A stretch of 64,000 bases of DNA from Botryllus schlosseri (lineage: Eukaryota), in the NCBI GenBank assembly GCA_051294905.1, contig CM119381.1, forward strand, positions 16,430,001-16,494,000, written 5' to 3'. Made by a program: the position numbers and the translations under genes. Positions 25,275-40,200 of the stretch are shown in pieces (position 1 is the stretch's first letter; the number at the start of each line of letters is the position of its first letter). The notes under the pieces are model-generated. The model was not told the origin of the DNA. It was given only the letters and a program-made list of their open reading frames with translations, and made no database searches.

Positions 25275-28200
25275 ATACGAACAGCTCCAAATTTCGCTCA
25301 CCGTCGTATTCGTTGGGAGGAATTTTCAAAGGGATGAAGGCATTGAAAGGTATATCCTCGACGGGTATAGGCACGCTGGGTACCGATAGACTTCCCGATT
25401 TCTGGAAGAGGAAGCAGACAGTCACTGTCAGTCAGAACCATGCCCTGGAAATAGTTTCCAACTGCAAACACACTTCGTCGACTTAGATGAGGGGTAGATG
25501 AAAAAGTTGGGCGTCTGCTGCCATTTATAACTTTGCATCGCGAGGTCTTTGGCTGATGCGAACCTTCCCCTAATCTTAAAAACGCGTTTTGTGACAAATC
25601 CGTCATATCAGAACAGACATATCTACAAAGAGCCTGGAGCGAAAGTGGGCTGGCTATGCTACAAGTAAACCGATCAGGAATCGTAAAAAAGAAATATCGG
25701 CCACCTTCAAGGTGTGATTACACGCTGCTTCTAATGAGAGTGTAGTCAAAAGATCATGAATATTAAAAAAACGAAATGAAATAAGTTCTCGGTCAACGCC
25801 TGGATTCATGTTGATGCTTGCAACTGGATGAAAACGCATTAGAAATCCAGTAAAATGCATCTTTTGAGGCCTTGGCCGCATGAAGACGTTGCGAGGCAGC
25901 CTGTGAGATACCTGCATCACGCCGTCCAGAAAATCGTTGACTTGCTTGAGCGACAACGAATTGTGCAAGGTCTCCAAAGGTCGGATGGCCGGAACTAACG
26001 TCAACCTATCTGAAACTGATGGCAGTATGGTAACAAAGCCCAGTCACACAGGCTTGCAGTAGCGTAAAGACCACTATGCTTACTTGCAGGCAAGTCGGTG
26101 ACAGTGAAGGCATGATTAAATTGCTTCTGCAAGTTCGGTGAAGATGACGACGCCTTGCCGCCGGCCAGAACTTTTGTGCTGAATAAACTACTTTGGGATC
26201 CTGTGAATAAGAAATGCTTGCTACCGTCTCAATGACTCAGGATTTAACAAAGGGCTATAATGAGGAATTGGCCTTTACCCAGCTGAAGTGCCGTGCAGGT
26301 TTGCGCATCAATATTGCACGACAGATAACCAAACATTTGTTGAACTCGGATAACATGATCCAATATTTGAAGGCGTGCTAATTCGAACAATACACGTATT
26401 ATGAAGGGATCAGGGAGGCTTTACACATATCCCTACCGCAGCTGTGTACACAAGGAGAGAACCCGGTTATCCTATTACTACTCCGGTAAACACATGCATT
26501 ATGTATTCTAGAGAAACCGGCAAACTCAACCGAAATTAACCTGTGCTCTCGCGTTTACATGGTGATAAAGGAGGAAGTGTTTACAAAATATTGTCAATAA
26601 ACTGCAAGATGGTGAAAATAATCAAAAGCCAAGTAGTATAGAATGTGAAACTCATTGTTTGCATAAGAATGAACACGTGCGGCGGGCCGTGTGCCTGCTG
26701 CCGTGCAACGTTCACGGTTTATTTCATAAGATCACATTCTTCCCATATGCCTGGAAATACCTAGTCGGTCGCTACAGCAGTACTATCCCATGAATGCTGC
26801 CACAGTCAAACCTGATTAGTAGAGCAAGTTTTTGTTGCATTAAAATCGCGAGAAAATTGCACTTAATTTTAACAGAAGATGCATTAAAAAAGTTGCATTA
26901 GTAATCTATTTTTCATTTTTAGGGTGTGAGATACTCGAAGGGTTCCGCTGTATAACCTAAGAGCATAGCCAAACAGCATAGCGATAACCCACCCTTCCCC
27001 TCCTCCTAAAACAAGTACAATACCACACCCCAAACCCCCCAGGTCTGCAAACTTGACCCACGACATTGCAGAAGAACTCAGTCTTGACGACTTTAACAAA
27101 ATCAATGGTCTAAAAAAGGTGACCCAGTGAAAATGTAATTTTCGGGGGTCTCGCCTGGGCGCCCATGAAATCGGAGACTACCTCAAATTCAAACGACAGA
27201 ATTAATAAAGCGAACTATTTACATATTGTTCGGGCACGGTCATGCTTGGCTGAGGTAGTTGAGCTTCTAGCTTGCAAGCCATTGTGTCATAGATACGTTT
27301 GAGTTACAGCTAATATATCATATAGCTCTTTTTTATTCAAAGAGAATAGAATATAGAACCATAATAGAAATAGCACGTTTTTAAATCACTCCTTTACATT
27401 TTGTGCAATATTTGATAAATTTTGCGTGAAACATCATAATACATAGATTCTGAGCATCCAGGAAGCCGTCGGAAGCTGTAAAAAAAAGTTGCAAAAACTT
27501 GCCGTACTGATTAGCTAATATAAATGACTTCTGATCAGTTGAAAGTGACTTCAAGCGATTAATGGTGTCGTTAGTAAACCTTTGTGCCGAAAATCACTCG
27601 TTAATATTACAGCAGTAGATTAGGAATTTTCGGTTTAGTGGCTCACGGCAGCACGATGCCGAGCAGCAGTGAACGGCAACCTGCAGTCCTTGAGGAGTTC
27701 CTATACTAAAGGTTCAGAATTACAGTGGTTAAGTTTACTGATGAAAATTTCAATAAGTTGATCTTTTTAATCTAGCAGTGGCCAACATGCGGCTGTCGAT
27801 TGAAAGTTATACGTAATTCAATAAGCACGTGTTGGTGGCGGCCAAAACGTACTTCGAATTTACGGGCAAGACGGCGCAGAATAATTAGCAAATTCATAGA
27901 TGAAGTCAGCTACTCCTTGAAAATTTTAATCGTGTTTTATGCGAGATTACGAAACCACTTTGTCGCCAACTTCCCAATCGCTACCTACCATGAAACTCAA
28001 GCTTGTCAAAGGTATTGATTGTAGGCCACCACTGGGTCTAATGATCAGAGTCGCGAGTTGAGAGATGTTTTTTTTCAAGTATTGAAATTATACGCTTCGT
28101 GTCACTAAGAGGTAATTTATCAAATTTATTAACGAGAAGTATTGTTCCGATACTATTTTCCACTGCAGAAGCCCTGATACCTCGATTGACTGCATTGCAG

Positions 28201-31200
28201 CATGCGGAATGTGTAGAGCAAAGCTACTCACGTTCGTGAAAATGAGGTATTCGAGAAATTGTGATCAGCCCGCACCATTTTCACAAAGCGCAATGAAATT
28301 CTCAAAAAAATTACCAATCATTATCTCGAGTGCGATGCAGAACAGGAGTTGCATTCCTTGAGGTCGCATAAAATGGTATATAATTGAACCTTCCACATCA
28401 TTCATGCAGCTATGACGTCACTCGATTACTCGACGCCTAATGCTCGAATCACTCACTTGGGTACTCGACTTTGCCCCGCCGGTGAAGGTTTTAACAGCAT
28501 CGACTCAAAACCGATATCGGTCGGACTCTAATTCACGTTGTGAAGCTCGACCACTCACCCAAGCCTCCCTGATTCTCGTAAGACCTTGACACGACGGGAG
28601 GTCGTTCGCCGGCCGAAGTCTTGCGCACAGGCACGGATTCTTTCCGTGAGCTGTGATCCACGGGAGCCGAAGGCGCGCTTCGATGCGGTTTAGAATCGCG
28701 TAGGAAAGCGCGGACAGCTTCCGATTGCTCGTTTTCGTCGTCGGACGACTCGGACCGGCTGTCGGAGTTGGCGTCGATGTCATCAGGTACAGAGAGCGAA
28801 TCCTTATATTGAACGTGAATGGCGTAAGAGAAGCACGCGAATTCCCTGCATAAATCCTATCGCTATTCAATCGCACGTCACAGTTGTTGATATTATATTG
28901 CTCACGGTGCATGTTCTACGATTGTTGTCTACTGGAACTATTGTTTAGAACATTCTGGAATTTTGAAAGCAAACCACAAAGTCTCCCAGTTTGAGTGAAA
29001 GGAAGTAGTTAGTTTTGTCCTTGATGTTTTTGCGGCATATACACCGACTCTTGATATACACATATGCACACATGAGTGAATGATGCGCATATGCCGCTGG
29101 ACAAGGTGCAGATGTAGCCTTATTCGGTTTTCTAAATCTTGCACCGCCCCTCCATGCAATCCCAGTAATGGATACCAGTGTTACTAATCAGGTCTTTGGT
29201 ATGACCCGGCTGTGGATCGAACCCACGACTTACCGATCAAGAAGCCGAACGCTTCACCGTTGCGCTATCTTGTCGTTGTAACGATGACTAGTTTGTCGAC
29301 TCACTCAAGTGGTGTGGTTTCTCAGGTAAGTTCCACGGGTTACCAGTGACTTTGGTGATAGTAATGTAAAACTAGGGCTACTTTTTGACATGCCAAAATA
29401 AGTCAAAATTTTGTCAATATTGTAGCGTTAGTAATTTTTGCCAAAAATTTTTTTACCCCTGCATTTCGTTTGTATCGTAGATTTTGCACTGTCGGTGAAC
29501 TTATCATTTTATATTTTACAGCTTGTAGCCTACTTTATAAGCACTGTACATTGCAGACGGCCATTTTCTGCTCATTGTGAATCATAAGCAGTGAAATGAA
29601 ACAAATAGGTTGACATGGTGTTATGGTCAACGTGCCGCAACAGCCTAACTGCACCAAGCCTGCTAGGGCATTGCGTGGTTTTTATATCAAGATGCGCATG
29701 ATGAAAGATAGTGATGTGGACAACATTGTCAGAATGAAGCAACACAGTGTGTCACCAGCAGTGTACGCACAACTTCAGTGCTGTCAGCCAACAACTGCTG
29801 CTGCTGATCGTTCTTTCTCCATTCTTGACAAGTTACTTGGTAAGGACAGACACTTTCTACCCGAGAATGTAGGAAAGTATCTTTTGTTGCACTACAACAA
29901 ATTTTAGTTATTTCTACCACAATACGAGATGTAACGACTGGAATTCTTCATGAAAAAATTTGTCAGTTTCCAAGTCGAAAAAGTTTTTTCAGGCCAAACT
30001 ACTTCATAATGACAGACAGTTCCAACCCGAAATGAAGATAAGTAGTACAATTTTAACATTACGTGCGAAAACGCCTAATTTGCATACATGAGGTCAAAAT
30101 TAAGTTTTTCTGAGTAAAAAAATGTCAAAATTTGATTTTTTATGTCAAAATCTTCCATTTTTTAGGTAAAAAAACTCGCCCTAGTAATTACTATTACCAG
30201 GCTCCTTGAGAGCAGGCTTAGACAACTAGGTAATTCTAGTTGTTTAATGTCAGCGACATGCCGTTAATCTAATTCTGATCTAATTTGCGAAAACTTTCAA
30301 TGCTCTAATTTTATTTCTACTCTAATTTGCAGAGCCATGATTTGATACTGACGAAACTTGATTCAATTTGCAAATTAGAGAAAACATCATTGTAGACTCA
30401 GAAAAAGCACAGGTATCGTGCTACACAACTTCACTCAACACAATCGCAAATATAACTTACAGTTGAACCCCGTGTTCTTTCCGGCACATCCGGCAATGGT
30501 GATTGCTGGCAAGAAAAGGGAGACAGATCAAAACACACGCCACACACTAAAACGCCAATGGACTCTAACCCCACGAGACGTGGGTCTCGAAGCAGGACGG
30601 AAGCCGCCCCCTTGCGGGAAGTCCACGTCGGGAAACGTGCCCCGAGCGCCGGGGCTGAAATGCAGCTCCACTCGGAACCTTTTGTCGGACTGAGGGTCTT
30701 CGTTGGGATCTTCGTATAGCATGATAACGATCTGAAACACAAGCGGCGATGCAATCAAATACGATAATAAAGCTATAATTTTAAACCATATGGGGGGGCG
30801 CTTGTTCTCTGAACAGAGGTGCTCAATAACACTTTTACTTTTTCAGATTAATCAAATGGCTTTTACCTACTTCCACTTCTATTTACACATTTACACTGTA
30901 TTTTGCGAAATGTAAATTAGTTTTCGGATATACCTGCATCGATTTTCTGAGTTAAATTGTAACAATTGTTGCGAAGTAGGCTATGTATCGCTGTAAGAGA
31001 ACATATTTTGAAAAATTGCGCCCATTTGTAGTGGCATTGGTCATTTTGCGTCGGTCACGAAAATGTCACCCGTAATTTTGGAAGAAGCCTGTTAACTGCT
31101 GATTAACGTAATATTTTGTGATACGATTGTTAATATACAATGTTCTTTCCACTTCTCTAGTAGCTGACGATTACCCCTGACGAGTATCAGCCGAAAATAT

Positions 31201-34200
31201 TCGGGTTCATTTCAATATGAATACACTATTCAATTGTATATTAAAGTTCTGTACCTGCAAGAAGCCCTTCCGATATAAGTGTGCGAACTCTGAGCAAATT
31301 AAATTTTTGAAACCACTTACCCCACAACTTTTCACACCTGCATTAACTTCCCCTTGAAGTAGTTTTGACATTGGAAATTGTCACTTCTACTTTGAACTGA
31401 GTAGAATTTACAGAATTACTTCTACTGGAGTGTCAACTCTGACGACTTTTGTCTACCTCTGTCTCTGTCTCTGCAATTGCTGCCGGTAGACCAAGCAGTA
31501 AAATGGAACTGGTTGGATCCTAATTGCAGGTTATACGGCCGAAGTGTTTTAACGCTATCAATATATCTACAGGAAATACCTTTTCCTTCAGTTTTCATTT
31601 AAACGGAGGCACGTGACGGGGGTGAGGTAGGAAGGCAAGAACTACTCTGTACTAATGGATCAAAATGCCAACCTGTGTCATGTAATTCAATTCCGATACA
31701 GCATTCACATAATCCATTGCGCGCTTCCACTGGTCATCATTGTCTTCCTGTCACGGTAACACGAGTCGTGACATATCATCCAAGATATTAGCTCACCACG
31801 AAAAGAAGTTGGCGCACTCACGTTGCATAGTCCTCCATAACGTAAAATAGTCAGAAGAGAATGAATGTGGCTTTCGCTGGTAAAGTACAAACGTGTCCGG
31901 ACGCGCCTTCCCGGCGACAGGACGCCTTTGGAATACCTGTGGAAACATTTTAGAATCTTCAACATTCTCCACAGAATATACTCAGTTGTGTCAGATATTA
32001 CTGTTATCAATAAAATAGGTGTTCAAATGAAAAAATCTGTGCACGAGGAAATGAATAAATGCACAAACGTACCAAAACGAACGAAACTAAACTTGGCCTT
32101 TATTTATATCAGACGAGGACGCAAGACTATTTGCTGCATTCGCCAAAGCAATCCCCAAATTATCCCTAAGATTACTTCCAGGTAGGGCTTAAAATCGGAA
32201 ATGTTCAGGGATTGACGAACAGTTTTATTCATTGATGTAAGCTTTGAGATCGCACACAAGCTGCTCAACTTTTAGATTATGAAACGAATTCGTGATTGCG
32301 ACGCAGACTCCTGTAGAGCCACAACTACCTGGGATTCAATCGATAAGTGTCGTCCTCGAGGTTTCTTTCCAAGTCGACTTTGATTTTTCTGAGAAGCGGA
32401 ATACAATATCCCATGGCGATGTCCAGTTTCTGACTTTTCGAAATTCCGTACTCCTACGAGGAAAACGAAAATTTATACCCCCAAAGCATCGGCAGATTTG
32501 ACAGAGTAACGACTCAGCAAATGCAGCAACAACGCACGCACCTGCGGGATAACAATATCGGCAAGAGTTTTCGCCAGACTGTAGAGTTCGACAAATTTCT
32601 CCAGCTGCAGTTTGTCGTTGTGTTGCATGTCGTATCTGTTACAAATTCGATAACAAAAACACGGACATCAGCAACAGATTTACAGAAGTGGTTACACTGA
32701 AATTAGGGCTGGGTAGATCTTCGATTCCAGGTCTAGCATCAAGCTATGAATCGCCTTGAGTATTGGGCTTATGGACTAACACTCATCAAGACTTCACAAC
32801 GGTAAACTTGGTAACCTTACATCTGCGTATTTGCAACAGCAAGGAAAAGAATGTCACTTATACGATATCAATAATAGTTTCATACTATGCTTATGATCGC
32901 TCTTTGCAACAATATTGCGAGATGATCATAGAATATTCGTGGCCTTACGCTGCGTGTTTAGAAGTTGAGATAGTTTCAGTTTCACTTCAGTTTTCGAGGC
33001 TCCCACAGTGGTAACAAAGTATCGAAACCTGACTTACCGTTACTCAAAATAATTGCCTACTGACCCTACTGATCATTGCAATTGATACTTGACTAGGATA
33101 TGAGTGATCAAACCTTTGTGCCCAGTTCTAACCTCAATAACCGATTGCCATTATTCGGCACTAGGGGACGGACAGAACTTTATCTCACTTTATACAATCG
33201 TAAATGTCCGGTATCTTGCTGATGTCGAATTTCGATTTCGATAGCTTGAAGTCCTTCTCCAGCTTGCTCCATCTCTGCAGCATCAGGCTCAGACTCTCGT
33301 TGTGATAGAGCACGACGTCTGTTCAAAGCGGGAAAAGTCGAGTCGGTACAAAACACGGAGTATTATTAACGGCTCGATTGATATCGACAAACGCGGCACC
33401 TTCCTGAGTAGGATCCAAGAGCCTCTTCTTGATCTCTCTCGTCAGTTCTTTGATTAAAATGTGCATCCGCTCCATCATTTGTAGAGGCGCTTCGGACATT
33501 TTCAGTGCCGATACAATCGACGAAGTGTGTAGCGGTACGAGCTAGGGAAATCAAGGCGAAATGGTTGTGGCATGATCCAATTACCAGAGGTAGTCAGTAA
33601 CGGAGTATTTCTACATTTTAGGAGTAGCAGTCGCAGTAGAAGCAGAGATTTCCAAGTTAAGAGAAAAAGTAGAAGTACACCGTTGATGATTACCAGAGTA
33701 CTCTAATAGGTTTGGCAACTAGCATTACGTGCTCAAGCGGTTATGGACTACTTTCCACCAGACATGGGATGATTATTTCATGAATGTAATCGATTGCGAT
33801 TACGATTACTTCTGAATCACGCGATTACAATTACAGCAAAATCTGGAAGTACTCGATTACGATTACATTGGTAAAGTAATCATGAATACTCACGACTACA
33901 TTCACGAGGGCCTCCTGTCATGCCTCAGGCCTCATGTCATGAGAATAATTTTATTTTTTGAATGTGACATCATTTGATTGTTACGTCGCAATATACCATT
34001 GCACAACTTTATAACTGACGATTCCTCACACCCAACGATTTGCATTCGAGACATGAGCGTAACTGCCGTACACCAAACCCCCAATTCAGTGGGGGCGAGC
34101 TCCATGGGGGCTCATAATTATATTGTAAATCAAAAATGATAGAGTAACTTTGAGAAATTAAATTCACTTGGAGACTTTCTTCACGCTTCACCATTTCATG

Positions 34201-37200
34201 ACGCTAGATATCTTCATTTTAATATGCATACCCCTCCCCCTCAGGAAAAAATATGCATAATTTATAGAAATATACATTGCGGTACTGGCCATTATCGCTC
34301 CACGACACACCAATATGCAGTCGGTGCCAACATTCTACTCCACAAAAGTGTGCTACCAAAGAAAAACATTGGCCCAGACTTTCTATGCATATGGGTGCAC
34401 TGTGCAGTGTCCATAATAGTCACGCTTAATGGGCGCTACGAATGGTCCTGTCCTACCAATGTGAGCTCAGCTTACAAATGACCCCAATAGAGGAAATTGA
34501 TGCGAAGAAATGACAATTCGTGTATATGCCTCACAAAAGAAATTTTAGTTCAGTCTGCTACGTTTGGGCGACGTCAATATCTTTTGACCATATAACAGAC
34601 AACGGGTCACCAATTTAATAACATTCAAAAGTAATAATGACAACAAGCCTGCCCGAAGATGTTTTAAAATAGCGCTGTTTGAACTTTGCTGCTTGGCGAG
34701 ACGTATAGGTCTATGTGCGTACACCGGACACATATTTGTAATTTTGTACTCGTCAAATGAAAAATTACGATCTCTGCAATAAAAATCAACGGCTGCTGAT
34801 ATAAATCATAACCGAGTTGTTCTTTGCCGTTACGAGTTACGGCAGCCCCAGCTCGCGGGCCCACTCCCCGCCAAGCATCAACGTTCAAACTGCGTTGGAC
34901 TAAGCATAGCCAAAGACCAATACAAACGCTACTATTTGAAACTAGCAGAGTGGTGATTATTATCATGCGCCGAAGTCATGGTGTATGGAGTGTATTGATA
35001 ACTTGCTGTTGCTGATATACGGCATGACGGTGGTTCTTACAATTATACATCGAATATCTATTTACAATGTGCGAATAATTCGTCACGCAATGACGAAGAA
35101 AGCTAATACGGTACTTGTGACGTAATAATGAGCAGTGACGCTTGTAAATACGACGTTTTGTCAATAATGTGGTATAATGTCGTACTCTTCCTTGTTCACG
35201 AATGTTCAGTTTCTTTCCTAGTTCTTTTACAAATAAAAACTAATCGTTTTTTCACAAAGAAATTGATCAGATATGTAAAATAATTGATTGCGATTACGAT
35301 TACTTGTGATTTTTTTCGAGTGTAATCGATTGCGATTACGATTACTCGAAAATGCTGTAATCGTCGTAATCGATTGCGATTACTACTCACTATTATACTT
35401 CTACTAGAACTACTCAAATTTACACTCCTGGTTTTGAAAAGTGGATATTAGGCTTGTGATGAGTTTGCATCACTTAATCATCACGACTGGATATATCTTC
35501 GAGGATGACACCAATTTTGAAAGTCGCCACCTTCTATGAACTGCTAACGAACGAATAACTTCCTGACCAAACCCACGTTTTGAAACTACTTATCCAAGTA
35601 TTTGCACAACTTTCATATTCCATTTACTATTTTAAGCAGTTCTGATTGGAAATTGTTACTTCTACTTGCTTTTCTTGTAGTTTTGTATATTTATTGTCAT
35701 TTGTTTTGTGCCATTGAATATAATGTGTATACTCCTTCAGGTGGCGACTGTGTACTAAGGCCTTGCGGCCCCTCGTCGTCATCCTGGTCCGTACCGGATT
35801 TTCACTGGTGTGACAAATAAATGATTGATTGATTGATTGGAGTAGAAATTCACGGAGTTGCTTCTAATTGAGTAGCAGTGCTGAGTACTTTGAACAGTGA
35901 ACACCCCTATCGAAGACGAAGCGATTTGATTCAGATGGCAGTCATGTGGTATCTGCGAAGATACAATTGAATAGTGTATTCATATTGAAATGAACCCCAA
36001 TATTTTCGGCTGACATTCGTTATGGGTAATCTGGGATGACACACATATGGCTTTCCATACCACGATATGAGGGTAACACTGCTCTTTTTGTATACTTTCC
36101 AACGGTAAGGGAATCGGATTTTAACTCGGAATTAGATTTCAACTGCTTCCAAATACCCAGGTGGTCTTTCTCTACTTGCATGCTTGAAATGGTTTTTGAT
36201 CATCCAGTTTTTCGGAGTTGACATAGTTGCATCTCAAAATGTTTGAGTTTTGTCACACAGAATATATCTATCAACGTGTCTCCACCTTTTTCATCAGTGA
36301 ACTTGCAACACGTCATAACCCTCCAGTAGTGTGCGACATGGTATGTTACGTGTCATTCATGCCACAAAATAACAAGCAACTCACCGTAACAGGATCATCG
36401 ATTTTTTCCTGATTCAGTATCGATTGCAGCCGCTGCTTAACACTGAAAATAGGACGACAAAGAATAATATCTCACCATCGAAAGCGCAGGATGACGAGAA
36501 TAGAATCGTCATGCAAGATTGCAATCGGCGCTAAAATCGTGAAGAAATTAATGAAAGGCCCCGTTTATGATCATGCAGTATCACACACATGCGTGTCTGT
36601 GCACAGATGTTTCGAAAATCTTCGACTACGCGGTTTCGATAATTGATGCGTTAACGCAATTACACTCGCTGACGACAATTACATGTTGCTTTGTACCGTG
36701 TGCCTGACAAGCTAGAAAATTTCTTCAACCAAACTATTACTCTATGATTGAACGCGAAAATCCCATACCGTATATCGGAACCAGATTTGCAGTGTAGAAC
36801 CTGAAGCTTACATGTGTGTGAATTTCGATTTTTTGGATGGTACGTGATTGTAGTTGAACATGCATTTTTGCAGAATACAGCCAGAGTTACCTGAACCTTT
36901 CCTGCAACGAAGTTTGCGACCTCAAATTTTCTGTATTACTGTGTTGCAACAAACCTTTCGAGTCGGTGTCAGACTAACAGTTTAACATTTTGAATAGACT
37001 TCGATAATTGAAAAAAATTGGTACTGACACTAAAATTCAATACTTCACAATAAACCTGCAATGATCTTCAACCAATGCCAGCTGAAGCCGGCAGTAAGGC
37101 TATACGTCAAATCTGAATATTTGTGTGACGACTCATCAAAGTTACCCCCTAAGGATTTACATATAATAGTTTCGGATTCGCGATTCAAAGCAATTAACAG

Positions 37201-40200
37201 AATTATTAACCCGAGTCCCATGAAGTCATACCTTGAATTAGCACTACGATGTCTACTATGCGTCACTAGTGTCACCAATACACCATGTCACCAATACAGC
37301 ATATAGTGAACTAGGAATTAACGCTACGCGGCCAAAAACCTAAAGGTTTTCATCCACAGACCTACCACATTTTAAAATTACTACCGCGCCTTCCATCTAC
37401 ATAATTGTGCCGACGCTACGTCCAAATTACTAGGGCTGAGCGCAATGATTCGAGCACTCGAATCTGAATCGAGTATTAATTGTAACAAATCGAGTCGAGC
37501 ATACAGAGACGATATTTTCGAGTACTGAAACTAAAAAGCCTTTTCAATAAGAGTTATTTCAACGAGAAGTGTACTTTCTATTTATTTCCCAAGATGCAAG
37601 CCTTGAAACCCTCAATAGGTCTTATCACAGCAACCAAATCATGCAGGATGAAGCTACACACCAGGGTGGTAATGACTACACTCAATTTGTGTATTGACTC
37701 GACTTGGACTCCGAGTCATTGCGCTTAGACTCGAACCAAGTCATATGACCCGAGACTAGGGCGGCCAAGACAGACATTTCACTGTAACTTCGAAAAATAG
37801 TAAAGCCACCACATTATTGGTATTTCGTTTATCAGTCCTGCTACTTAGAGAATAGGGACAGAAACTGTTAGGACCGAGGAAAATTATGATATTATGAATG
37901 TGAGCCATTCCATATCACTCAAGCAGAGTTGAAAAAATTGATTGGAACCAGTTTGAACTCAAAACTGAACAGTGCACGGAAATGACTTGGACTCGACTCG
38001 AGTCACAACACTATGACTCGGTGGTGAATTGAAAATGACTAGACATGACTCAAGTCAAAACTATAACAGTGAGATTGACTTGTGACTCGGAACCTTGTGA
38101 CTTGGTCACAACCCTGCTACGCCAAGTTAGGGTATCGTGATCAACCTTCAGTATTGTATCAAAGCTCGAAAAAGTGCCAAATTATCTTTATGTGGTGTCA
38201 GACTGGCATTAATTTCTTTGCATTCGCATTAAAAATAAAATACATATTTTTACATATCCTCCATACACTTTATGCCGACATAACGATTAATACTCGAATA
38301 CTCGACCCAATTCAAAGCCTAATACTTGATTCAGGATCAAATCGCTCTGGCACTCAATTTTGCTCAGCCCTGCAAATTACGCGGATGTCAAAAACGTGCC
38401 AATCGACGCGAATTGATTCGCACTTGTACGACATAAACGAGGCCCGATTACGAAGAGAGCAGGCAGGAAGAAATCACGAGAGCGGTGGTACGTACGCAGA
38501 CTGCATCCCCCGCAGACGATGATCGTTTTCACCGTCCAGGTCATAGTGAAGGAAGCTAGACATGTAAAGCGGCGTAAAGGCAAAGAAACCGAAAACGCGA
38601 CGCAAAATAACAAAAAATGCGCTTCAATCCGCAGTTCCAGCCACACGGGCCGCCTGGTTCTCTGACCGAGACTCACTTCTGCTGGCACTCGCTTAAGCTG
38701 TCGCCTTCGCTATCGAGAAGGCCGTTCATGTTGGCGCTTTTCACCATCTGCACGAGAATTGGCGTCAGCTCCCCTTCCAACGCCAGCAGGCCCTGCGGTA
38801 CGAATGCGGCAGTTGAACGGTGTGCGGCAGAATTGTAACCAAGTCATAAGGTTTCGAGTCACAAGTCAATCTCACTTTTACTCGAGTGAATGACTCAAGT
38901 CCAAGTCCAAGTCAGTGAGTAGAGCAGTGGTTCCCAACCTTTTTGGTCTCGTTCCCCCCTTGGCCGATATTTGAGCTAAAATTCCCCCTCTATGAAAAAG
39001 TCGCCTGTGACTAAAAAATGTGCTTTTTAACGCGCAACCATTTGTTGACTGAGCAATTAAAGGCCAAACATATTCAGGTATGTCCGAATTATGTCGAATG
39101 CGGACCGCACTAAACTTTGGCCGCTGACGAATAATAAATCATCAAGTCTGCTTGCTATGGACTTGAGTTGAATCGATGAATTTGGTATGTTTTTCACGTT
39201 AGCTCATATGTTGGCTTGAAAAGTTAAAAAATTACACTAGCGGCCTTGTGCTGAATTCGGTTTGACGTTTTCCTGCCTAGTAGCAATTTGGTCGAGAGGC
39301 TGTCCCGGGCCCAACGAAATCGTCTCGTGAGTCTCACTTTATCAGTGGGTGAAATATCTACGGAAGGCATTTAAACATACACCTAGCTTGAAATCCGCCA
39401 AAGAAACATATAACTGTAAAGAGCTAATATCTACTTAACAGTTCTATAACATAAAAATCTAAAAACCTTGGGAACCCAGTGTATCTTCCGATACATTGTC
39501 AAAGCCATATTCCCCCTAAAAAATTTAAGCCAGATTCCCCCCTAAAACTTTCAAAATTCCCCCCAAGGGGGGAATTCCTCCCCGGTTGGGAACCACTGGA
39601 GTAGAGGGTCGATTGAAGTCACAGTGACGTGACTCGAGTCCGAGTCCAAGTTGTTGTGTTCACCGTTCAGTTTTGAGTTCAATCCGGTTCGACCCACTTT
39701 TTATAACTCTGCTCAAGTGACATAGAATGGCTCGCATTCACAACTATCGTAATTTTCCTCAGTCCCAAAAGTTTCTGGCCCTATTTTCCAAGTATCAGGA
39801 TCGATAGACAAAATACCGATGACGTGGTGACTTTACTATTCTTCGAAGTTACACCGAAATTTATTGGTCGTCCTGGACTCGAGTCATATGACTTGATTGG
39901 GGTCATGCAGAATGACTCGAGTACAAGACGAGTCAATACACAAATTGACTCGAGAGTCGAGTCATTTTACAAATTTGAAAAAATGACTATAGCGTCAAGT
40001 CGAGTCACCAACAAATCTAATATCCCAAAATCTGTTTTGGCACATCCTCGTCTACTGATAAAGTCGAAACTGATTGGAACATCTTGTTAATGATTGATAA
40101 TGAAAAAATACCTCCTAAATATTCAACCATCTCTACTAATTATGCAATGCATCAGAGCTGGTTAAGTATTCATCATTGGTTCTGAAGTAGAAGTAGAAGT

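Noticed and set aside
27252-27275. let-7-like tgaggtagttgag
   Set aside because: Only a 9-nt match, no hairpin partner, and it sits in repeat-like sequence.
29190-29275. tRNA-like sequences here and at about 18620-18709, 55935-56018
   Set aside because: A/B boxes are present but there is no acceptor stem, and they continue into a shared repeat body, so they are SINE heads, not tRNA genes.
38082-38522. 146-aa plus-strand ORF
   Set aside because: It starts inside a MITE terminus, is antisense to PPIP5K and has no recognisable domain.
37662-40080. Regularly recurring GACTCGAGTC motifs suggestive of an array or CRISPR
   Set aside because: They are irregular subterminal motifs of a dispersed MITE family in eukaryotic DNA, with no constant repeat-spacer period and no cas genes.
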